A stretch of 64,000 nt of DNA from Lepidodermella squamata (lineage: Eukaryota > Animalia > Gastrotricha): the NCBI GenBank assembly GCA_047495785.1, contig JBLDXI010000023.1, positions 558,001 through 622,000 of the forward strand, written 5' to 3'. Of this stretch, positions 23,999 through 34,184 are shown piece by piece. Numbering within the stretch: the stretch's first letter is position 1; every line of letters starts with the position of its first letter. Both the position numbers and the translations under genes were made by a program. Under the pieces are notes generated by a model. The model worked only from the letters and a program-made list of their open reading frames with translations, ran no database searches and was not told the DNA's origin.

Positions 23999-25562
23999 AT
24001 GAAAGCTGTCATCTTGATTTCGGCACTGGTCGCGGTTGCTGTCGCGAATCCCGAAAAGAAAAGTCAGCTCCGTAACCTATCATCATCTAGTGACCACTCT
24101 CTGATAATTTCTAGATGTCACCTGCCCGGATGGATTCACGGGAGTTTTTCAAAACAAGGCGCTGTGCTGTGACGGCAATGCAAACCCCCTCAACCAGGGA
24201 CTTGAATGCTGTGGAAACGCTGCTTACGATCCTTCCATTCAGAAGTGCTGCGATGGCGCTATTCTAGCCGCCCTTGGTGACAACAAAGAATGTGTGGCTG
24301 GCGAATCCAGTAAATCATTTTCACTGTCAAAGCCAAATCAGCCTTTTACCCCTGTCTCCCACCTACTTCTTCCTCGAACTAAATTATTTAGCCCTGTGAC
24401 TAGTCGATGCATTTTTCTATTGCGACCTTGTAATCCTTTCAGATTTTTCTGATTTCAAGGCGGAAATTTTTCAAGGATTCGAATTTGCCACTCCCCTCAA
24501 GACCCAAAAGAAGATGAAGGCTTAATACTGAAATGACTTATCAGTTGAGTAAGGGGAGAATAATGATCTCCTTAGTAGACTAAAAAAGCGGAACATGCTC
24601 TCTAGAACAGGGGTTCTCAAACTTTTTCGCGGCGGTGCCCCCATTTGGGGCACGCGACCAAGGCCGCGTGCCCCACTATTAAATCCATCTAAAAACGCAG
24701 ATATCTCTTTTTCCTCATTGTGGAAAAACATGTAATCGGCTTCCAACTTTGAATTGAAGTGATAGATATTCTTCTTTGGGGCTTACTTAGATTTTTTTCA
24801 TGGCAGGAGTTCCAACTTCAGACTCGGAAGCAGAATCATCGCCGTCATCTCCGAGTCATCTTGACCAGAACCCCTGCGACTGGTTTAAAATAGAGCGTAA
24901 TGTTGGCAGAGGCGTAGCCAGGATTCATTTTTGGTGGGTGATAATTTTTTTACCTGTGGCTTCGAAAATTTCTGGGTCGAAAAAACACTTACTAAACCCA
25001 TTTGCGAGCGAAGCGAGCTTTAGCTGACGCTTTTTCGGGCATTTTTTAGCTGAAATTAGCCTCAGAATGCGTTAAAAGTTGCATGGTTCACAGAACATTT
25101 GTTACTGGAGACCACTTTCAGGATTTCTTGGGTGGGTGTTTAAGAAAACTGGAAACGGACAAAAATGGGCCGGCGTGCCCCAAGTCGCACGCATTCCCCG
25201 TCGGCCCTTCAAAATGCCCCAAGTCGCACGCGTGCCCCAGTTTGAGAACCCCTGCTCTAGAAGGAGAAAGGTGATATATATTATTCAAGTTTAAATTAAA
25301 AGAAATAAATTCGAGCAAATTTTTAAATCAGAAATGATGTGTTCAATTTTGCGAATTTTCAGATTTTTGTCTGGAATCGTCGCATGGTGGCGTTGACAAC
25401 AATGGCCCATTCGGTTTTACGCAGTGCTGTGGTGCGAATGCTTTCGAGTGGAACCGATACACCATCTACTGCTGCGGAACAGCTTCTTTCAATTCAGCGT
25501 ACCAAACTTGCTGCAAAAATGGCAAGGTTTTGCTTGGCCCTACCTGGCAGAATCAATGCTGA
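23999..25562 (+). CDS. Galaxin-like type B copy 2 (152 aa)
   Basis: Exons 23999-24062, 24115-24309, 25363-25562. Intron 2 is enlarged by a hAT MITE. Confidence 0.85.
24608..25254. mobile_element. hAT (Charlie-type) MITE
   Basis: 16-bp TIR CAGGGGTTCTCAAACT / AGTTTGAGAACCCCTG and 8-bp TSD CTCTAGAA (24600-24607, 25255-25262), matching the NTCTAGAN target preference. Confidence 0.92.
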
Positions 25563-25719
25563 GCTCTCTTACACCTCTTGTCCATTCGGAGAAATTTCGG
25601 CTTGCTTCAAAACTTCTACATTCCAGTGAATATTATCTATATCAAATAAACTATCCTTATCCAAAGTAGATATAGCATATTATAGTCCATTAGGTGGACA
25701 CCTACTATAGATCGAAGCC

Positions 25720-26002
25720 ATCGATACTCTATTGTATTCAGCCTATTTTCTTGGACTAACGAGATGTTCCAGGATTCACAGGCGTAAATGATGGTAGGTA
25801 TTATCACGCAAGTTAGGACCTTTAATTTTGTTGATATGGAGACCTAATTCTTATTGCACATAAACTTATTCATAGCTCCGAATACACTACCAGCCTTAGA
25901 AATCCTATAATTTAGTTCCTCGTCAATTTTGCCATCGCTGGTGATAATGCTACCTAAATATTTGAATTTGGTAACTTTTTCAAGTTTTTTACCATTTAGT
26001 TT
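25720..26002 (-). mobile_element. Fragment of an RTE-like LINE related to the element at 46716-51046
   Basis: Translates LEKVTKFKYLGSIITSDGKIDEELNYRISKAGSVFGAMNKFMC, nearly identical to ORF2 around 47470-47600. Confidence 0.85.
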
Positions 26003-26329
26003 TTTTTCATAAATATAAAATAATTTCGCACGACGGAAATGTTTCATTCCGGAGTCATTAGCAGCGATAAATTGACCAATCAGCGTGCGCGCCAAGATTC
26101 AACTTACCAGTGGTTCCACAATGAATTATGACCGCCTTACTGATATGTAGCACATCTGACGCCCCTGGCGGCTACGCGGCTCGCGTCTCCCTAACTGCCT
26201 TTTTTTTGCTAGCGAACAATCTACTTGTTAAGCAAAGTCCCATTATTAATGTTTTCCGGATATTGAAAATGATATGAGCCTAGCCAACTACACTGTAGTT
26301 TAACGTGACAGCCGTGTTCGTGCATAATC

Positions 26330-26580
26330 ATGATGAAAATCTTGTCATTCCCGAGTTTGTGGCTGTTCCAGCTGGAGCTTTCGCGAATCCTAAGCAGAGA
26401 AGCGGGAATTTCAGCAGTCATTTCAATTGTTGGCGCAGACTGTCCGAATGTTTTGACATTTTCGAAAGTAAGCGTTTAGCTGTGATTGCTATTCTTTACT
26501 CTCTGTACGGAATCTGCTTAAAATCGGTGATGCTTTCCAGCTTCCAAATTGACGTCGTTATCATTGTGGAATCGCAAGTA
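26330..26580 (+). pseudogene. Decayed galaxin-like (type A) gene fragment
   Basis: TTTGTGGCTGTTCCAGCTGGAGCTTTCGCGAATCCTAAGCAG resembles exon 1 (TTTGTTGCTGTTCTAGCTGTTGCTTTTGCGAATCCTAATCAG). CTGTCCGAATG..ATTTTCGAAAGTAAG resembles the exon-2 start. Frames are broken. Confidence 0.6.
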
Positions 26581-27893
26581 AGTTGAACTTTGGCGCGCAC
26601 CCTGATTGGTCAATTCATCGTTGCTTATTATGACTCTGGGATCCGGGAGGAAACATTTCTGCTGTGTGATCCAAGAATAAAATAGTAAAAAATGTCCGCG
26701 CCCGCTGCACGGTTTCCATTGGCCGCGAGCGTAAACTCCGAAATTAATCCTGTTGTTTAATTATTGTAGCAAAAACAATTGTTGCAAAAAATCTGTTGGA
26801 CCACACGACTATAATGTTTCATGCGGAAGTCATGGCAACAATCGGTTGACCAATCAGCGTGCGCAACTGAATTCGACTTTGAAGATGCTGCCGTATTGAC
26901 CATCACTGACCGTACGGTCCGAACAAAAAACAAAAGCGGGTTCTCCGTTGTTCATCGAAACTAGTCTCATAAAATGTTCTGCATCATCCACCGTAGAAAG
27001 TTTGAAATATAGGTATTACTTTTTAATTTTCTCGTAGAGAACATTTTTACAAAAAAGGAAATAAGTTGATTTTGCCAATGACAACATGTAAAAATATTCA
27101 GGTACTGTTTAGGACGCAAGTTTGAGACGCCGAGAGTGTTACGGCCGGTTATGGACATTCCCGGCCGTAAAAATTGCCAGTAGTTGAATGGGTGTACGCA
27201 CCACTCTAGTCGACGCTGTTCACAAAGAGTTTTTGTGAACCAGAAGAACACGATTTTATCCTTCACTTCAACTGTCCCTGTGCCAATTTTGGCAGCAGGA
27301 AGTCGAAAAAAGCGTCTTATTCGAAGATTTTTCGGCATTGCACGATTTAGTACGATAGCCTGTCGAACTGAGTCAGCTGTCAAATGTTTCGCCGGCTAAG
27401 AAAAACCAATTGGTTGCAATGAGCTATAATGTAAAAGCCACTGCCTCGTCTGAATGAAAGAATAAGGTCAAGTTAATAGCGGGGGAGAACTACTAATTAA
27501 TAGTGACATAATAGAACGCATAATAGAAAACATACAGGTGTTGATTACACTTTACTAATCGCCTACGCCTAATACCTTTCCGGGTCTGGGCTGACCTTGT
27601 CCGCCAAAAAATTTGGCCGCCTTATTGATAAGCTGAATGTATTGGAGTACTGGCGCCCCTGGCGGCTGCGGAACCAATCCTACGCGTCTGCGGTACTACA
27701 TTCATTATCCCTGGTATCCCTTGAGCAGATTTCCACGCTAGCAAATATCCGATGGGAACTTTGATTTTCATCACAGGCAGTTGTCTCACGAGATAATTTG
27801 AAAGACTCTATTTAAGCGAGTTCGAATCACTTCAAATTTGTCACAACTTACTTTTCCGTTTAATCTTCAACCAATTTAAACTCGTTCCTAAAT

Positions 27894-28497
27894 ATGAAGG
27901 CTGCCATCTTGATTTCTGCTCTCCTAGCTGTTGCTACTGCTCGGCCTGCAAAGGAAGGTTAGCTCAATCTCTTTCCATTTTCCCTTATCGTCTTTCTAAA
28001 CCGTATAATTCGCAGACATCTCCTGCCCGGATGGATTCACTGGAAATTATCAGAACAAGGCGCTGTGCTGTGAGGGTAACGCCAACCCGGTGAACACTGG
28101 AATGGCCTGCTGTGGAAACGCTGCCTACTACCCGAACATTCAAAAGTGCTGCAATGGCGCTCTGCTGGGTGCTCGTGGCCCAAACAAGGAGTGCGTTCCT
28201 GGCGAATCAAGTGAGTCTACTATCTTGTATAAGGATTAGACCATCCGCAAAGAAATTCCAGTCTCATAATTAAACCTGTATTTATTATTAGACTTCTGCC
28301 TTTCTGAATATGACGGCAATGGCATTGCTAATAACGGCCCGTTCGGCTTCACCCAGTGCTGTGGTGCTAATGCTTTCGACTGGAATCGTTACACTATCAA
28401 GTGCTGCGGAACAGCTTCGTACGACTCGATGTACCAGACCTGCTGTAAGAACCAGAAAATTATCTACGGCAAGGAGCAGTACCCTACTCAATGCTAA
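27894..28497 (+). CDS. Galaxin-like type C copy 2 (154 aa)
   Basis: Exons 27894-27957, 28016-28210, 28292-28497. Confidence 0.85.
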
Positions 28498-30142
28498 AAA
28501 CTATGAAGAATCAAGTGACAATGTTAAGGAATCATTAAGTCTAATTAAGTCCAATCCATCGGGTGCAATAATTAATCAAATAAAGCTAAGCCTAAACTGA
28601 TAGATGAGGGTGCTTTCTAGTCATAGCTCATGTAGCCAAAACAACTAAAATCATGCCTCTTCTAGAAGGAGAACAAGCTCGGGAAATTGAGCTTACCGAA
28701 TTGAGCTCATTCTGCGATTCATGTCGTGCTGCCGTCTGACCGCGCACGGCTGTAGAACGTGTAGTAGTCAACTTTTTTTGCGACAGTTGATCTTGAAAAT
28801 GGCCCCAGCAATCGGCTGCAGTCCATTATTGATTGCCTCGTCGCTGGGCTTGAGTTGAGTCGCATTATCTTGCCACGGTATCAATTAATCCCCTCGCCGC
28901 CTCGAAATGCTGTAAAATAAAACACTCAGTGCAAATCTGGAAGTCCGTCCTACAACTAAAGCATCGGAGTCTCCGCTCTCGAGCAACGCCGTCGCTTGCC
29001 TTCCTTGTTGGTGCGCTTTTAACGCCACTATGAGGATAACGCCGCTATGTACCGCCGTTGCCTTATGAATTTGTGAGGCTGCTGCGAATCTTGTTCGCGG
29101 TTAATCGCGGTATTAGAGCAGTTCGATCCCGTCCCAGCAGTGTTTAGATGGAACTATTAGTATTGTTTTCCTCCGTCTCAAAGGTTTCCCCCGGTGGCCA
29201 ATTGAATTCGCATTGACAAGGCCCGAGTTCAACATCTGACGAACCGTCGCCATTTGGCCAGACAAAATTTGCTCGGCAGAACGCCTGCATGAACTATAAT
29301 TATATATTTCAAATATGAGTAACTCCGAGGTCTTACGCTGTCATAGTCGATCCCTTCGGCTACCTTAACCGCGCTCGGGAGAAAAAATCCCAGAAAAATC
29401 AATTGAATAGTCGATATCTTTCTTTCAGAATTGACTTGCCTAGGTGTTTAGGTTCAGAACAACTATTGAAAATGCTGGCATTCATGGGAAATTCTAAGAT
29501 GCCTTTTTCAAACATGAATATAGCGCACCATTGGCAGGCAAGCAGTGAAAAATGTTCAAACTTGAGGAATGTTTTTCTGTTTCCTATCAACTCATGTGAT
29601 GCTTTTGTGTTTTAACTGTCAGTTTCTTTCTCAGTTTCGATATTCTATGAAGTGCAATTAATTATCTTCAAGTCAGGCTTTACACTCAAATACTGTATAT
29701 TTCGATTGGATTTATTATTTATTGCATAGTCCTTACTGATCAGCTAATTTTATCTGCTCAACTGTCAACTTGACCCCTGGAAACTGGAATGTTAAGTCTC
29801 TATATTGCTAGAAGAAGTTCATGAATCATTAATGTTATGACTAATCAATTGGATATCAAATAAAGCTCGGCAATTCACAAATGTTTCACAAAACCGTCAA
29901 AACGAAAGAGTTAATTATATATTCGAGTCACCAACATAGCTGATTTTTATGAATCGCTTTATTATAAATATTTGGCACGCACGCTGTATATCGATATACA
30001 GGTTACATTATTTCGTTTTGATAAAAAACCACCTGGCTACCAAGAAATTACATTCTGTTTGTAGGTATGTAGCAAAACACCATATGTTGTGCAGCTCATT
30101 CTGCTAAACCTAAAACTAAACAGTCGATTTTCGCGTAAAAAA

Positions 30143-31990
30143 ATGTCTAGCTCATCTAGTCAGCAATCCTGGAACCATGAACTCGTTACATTCAACAATC
30201 AAAACTCGATATTAATATTAAAATTTATCCGACGGCGCAACAGCCTTAGCAGTGTTGAGGATAGCAAATCGCAGCCTGAGGAGCTTGCGTGCCTCCTGCA
30301 TGACAATCGCATTTTTGCGTTCAAGTGCTCCCAAGATGACGGTGACATCACGTCATCAACAGCCAGCTATCAAAATCTGATGTTGAACATGTTGACAACT
30401 CCAAGGTACAGGGCAATGGGAAGTTTGTATCTACTACACAGGTAAGATATGAAATTCACGTTCTAATATTCCAAACATTGACCTATCTAAAGGCTTATTG
30501 ATAACTTGGCTTTTGTGGTCACCGTTGTTCTGAGTGCCATGGGCCAGAAGGTTGCAGCGTATCCAACGCTCAGTGACACGGCATTGTTCTCAGCTATCGG
30601 CTTTGACCTGTTCTACGCCGTTATGCTGATGACTCACCGATTTTGGATCATGCAACGCTTCAGCATTCACGTTGGCATCGTGCTGTACTGCATCTATTTC
30701 GCCATTATTGCCTACAAGAAATGCGCTGGCGAGTACACTGGCACGCAATTTTGGCTCGTTTTCGACGTAGTTGCAATCAGGTTAGAATTTTGAAGTCTCA
30801 AAGCTTCAGCTTAAAGTCAAATAACCGCCTTAACCCAATAATTAAGCCCACCCGTGACTACACATAATATCCTAACTATGAACCCTAAACCTAGCCAGAG
30901 GCTGTTTTCCGACTCGGTCCAGCTCCCAAGGCGGTAAATCGAGTCATTTTGAGCCAGGAATTTACAAATCATAACCAGGGGTGGTTGCTTTCCTCCCTTC
31001 TTCGCCTTTCTCGGAACACTGGCAAAACGGTAAGGTTTAATGTTGATTCCATACGCAGATCAGCCATTCCAAATCCATTCCAAAACCTAACCGTACGCAC
31101 AGAATATAAGTCATGCAAGCTAACCTCAGCCCTAACTCTAACTCTAACCCTAACCCTAACCCTAGGTCTAACCCTGACCGTAGCGCCCTACCCCGTAGTT
31201 TTAAACCTGTGTGGAATTGGAATCCTAATTTTTGACCCGAACTATGTCCAATATACCTTTCCAATATAACTTTTTCCTATTCTAATTCATCATTGAACCC
31301 TTAGCTTTGGCTTTCTTTGTCCATCGACCTAGAGTTATATGGTGGCGTAATTAATCTCTAAGACTCCCTCCTGTCATATGTTACAGATTGGCTGCCTTCA
31401 CATCTGAAGAGCTAGTCGACATCGTTCTCGACTGTATGCTCCACAACGATTTACTGCAAATGTCAGCTCGGCGAGCTGCTGCCGACTCACGAAAAGCTGA
31501 TTGCATCGAAAAGAGAGGCCGCTCAGCGTCCCAGCGAAGCAAAAACAGTGGCAGTGATACGAGTACCACGTCTGAAACCAGCAAAATCACGCTTATCAGA
31601 ATGCACCTGAAATCTGTTGCGCAACGCTTATCGGATTTTTTCACTATCAAAATTCCTGACTACCTGAAGATTGATCGCATAGAAATGCCGAGTGGTATCG
31701 AGTACGAAGGCTCGATAAGTGCCTGGTGGATCGAGTCCGTCTACTACAAGACCCAGTGGCGGAAAACGCCGTTCAACGCAAAGCTGTTCTGGCTGCTGTG
31801 CTTCATTCCCGGTCTAAGCACGATTTCATGCTTCATTGTCCTGTCAATGGTTATCGCTTGCGTTTTCAGCCTGGCCCTTGCCATTTTTTCTCTCGTCGTT
31901 CTTATTCGATACGCATTGGGCCGGCAGACTGCTGAATTTTCGCTGAGGCAATTTGTCACGGCGCATTTGCAAGAATTCAAAGAGATATAA
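30143..31990 (+). CDS. Uncharacterised multi-pass membrane protein (~396 aa)
   Basis: Exons 30143-30441, 30493-30780, 31387-31990 join in frame through phase-2 GT-AG introns. About 5-6 hydrophobic segments. No family recognised. Confidence 0.65.
31120..31180 (+). repeat. Degenerate (CCCTAA)n telomere-like tract in an intron
   Basis: CCCTAACTCTAACTCTAACCCTAACCCTAACCCTAGGTCTAACCCTGA. Confidence 0.7.
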
Positions 31991-32176
31991 CAGGCGTACA
32001 TATATTGTTAACCTTCAAAAGACAAACTTTTCGTCTTGCTTGCTCTAGTGCTAACTGTAACTGCTGGTATGTAATTGAAGTTTGCATTAGGGGCATTCTA
32101 ATTAATAAAACGAATAAGTCTTGTTATAAATTCCTCGAACTGTGTCTTAACAAAGGCTTAACCTTTAGATACTGTA

Positions 32177-32953
32177 CAGCCCTTAATTTTCGCGCACGAT
32201 ACCTCTTGCGCGAGATGAAAACGCGCGAAAATTTCAGACTTCACCCTATTTTCCTGCAAGCATGATTCGATAAGAAAAGAATGAACATCTTTAATCACAC
32301 CAGCCGAACCTTCGGTCTACTACGACTGCTTTCTTATAGGTAATTTTCCGGAATTGACATGATTTACTATTTTGAACATTTCTCCCATGAAAGCCAACGA
32401 TGATCAATAATTTCAAAACTAACAAAACCGCTTGGTAATTTTGGTCTGATTTCTCTAGTTTTTCATCATCCTCAGGACTAACAAAGAACTAAGTGAGGCA
32501 CTAAAAGCTGACCACTGACCACCTACTGAGATTGCAAACAGATGATGCTAGGCTTAGGAGTGCCCAGCACTGAAGTCAGTCGGATGAGCTCGCTCTCGTT
32601 ATTTATTGACTTACAGCTTAACCCTTCGGTCGAGGCCATAGAGCTAGTTTTAAGGTCCTGACCATGACTAAGATTGTAATCGCCATGATGTTGATGTGAA
32701 TCAGCTTGGACTAGCAGGGAAAAGTAAACAAATCAAGTTGAGGCTAATATATAAATTTAAATAAATTTGTATGCGATGTTTATTGCTACGCATATGTAAA
32801 TTGAGACGCAGGTGGGACTTCAGTTCGCTGTTTTATGTCCTTATTGATAAAATTTGAAAAATTGGTGACAGAACAATTGTCCCGCGCGAAATTAAAACCG
32901 GGTGAAAATAGGCCTCTGCGCAAAAATTTATGGTGCGCGAAAAATAAGGGCTG
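32177..32953. mobile_element. TA-flanked MITE (Tc1/mariner-like)
   Basis: TA|CAGCCCTTAATTTTCGCGCAC ... GTGCGCGAAAAATAAGGGCTG|TA. Confidence 0.75.
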
Positions 32954-33076
32954 TATATTAAAATGACGTGCTATTCATGTTTGTGTATTAGCGGCGTTTA
33001 TTACGTCACGACGATGCATTTTTGCCAAACACCAAACATAGTGCCAGCGAAGGAGAAATTTTCTTAGTGTAAGCAG

Positions 33077-34118
33077 CATAGACAACTCTATACAGATCGG
33101 AAACTAGCGATCTTCCTATAGTAAATAAATTCACACCAAAACGTGAAAAAGTGGGCACGCGAACCTCAAATTTTATTCACTCATCGCCCTATCCGCCCAT
33201 AGTAATTTTTCCGATTTTTAATTATTTTCTAAAATTCCCCAGAGAAAATCTTTCATTTCCCAAAAATTTCTAACAAATTAACCGGAATACTAGAAGCGCT
33301 CCTCTATCGAATGAGTCCCGTCTCATGAGACGGTTTTTTTTCTAACTTTTTTAAAATTATCTCAAAGTTGGTCGCTTTTACGAAAAATCGCCATTTCAAG
33401 AGTCTTTCAGGACGGTAAAATTTTTCATTTTAAGCCGAAAAATTCCGAGAAAAAATACTATGATCTTATTCGATTTTTGCTCTATCCGAGGATATAAAAC
33501 TTGATCGAATCATAATTTTTTTCCGAATTTCGCGAAATTTTCGGACTTGTAATATTGGGGATTTTGCGTGATAATGCTAAATCTAAAATAGCTATTAGGT
33601 TTTTTTATAGCTATTTTTAGCTCGCTCAAAGTATTATCAAGCGAATGCAAATTTCGCGAAATTCAAAAAAATTCTGAGTAGCTCTTGGATAGAGAAGTTT
33701 TATATCTTTGGATAGGGCAAAAATCGAATAAGATCATAGTATTTTTCTCGGAATTTTTCGGCTTAAAATGAAAAATTTTACCGTCCTGAAAGACTCTTGA
33801 AATGGCGATTTTTCGTAAAAGCGACCAACTTTGAGATAATTTTTAAAAAAGTTAGAAAAAAAACCGTCTCATGAGACGGGACTCATTTGATAGAGGAGCG
33901 CTTCTAGTATTCCGGTTAATTTGTTAGAAATTTTTGGGAAATGAAAGATTTTCTCTGGGAATTTTAGAAAATAATTAAAAATCGGAAAAATTACTATGGG
34001 CGGATAGGGCGATGAGTGAATAAAATTTAAGGTCGCGTGCCCACTTTTTCACGTTTTGGTGTGAATTTATTTACTATAGGAAGATCGCTAGTTTCCGATC
34101 TGTATAGAGTTGTCTATG
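33077..34118. mobile_element. Foldback-type non-autonomous DNA transposon (P-superfamily-like) with ~420-bp TIRs
   Basis: CATAGACAACTCTATACAG... / ...CTGTATAGAGTTGTCTATG, near-perfect arms ~33077-33500 and ~33696-34118, 8-bp TSD GTAAGCAG (33069-33076, 34119-34126). Confidence 0.9.
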
Positions 34119-34184
34119 GTAAGCAGTATCCATGCAGAGCTGCTCACACGATTGGTGTTCTATTTGCTTCACAAATCTTTTGAC

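Noticed and set aside
31120-31180. Telomere or chromosome-fusion scar
   Set aside because: Only a few degenerate units inside an intron; more likely part of a dispersed repeat.
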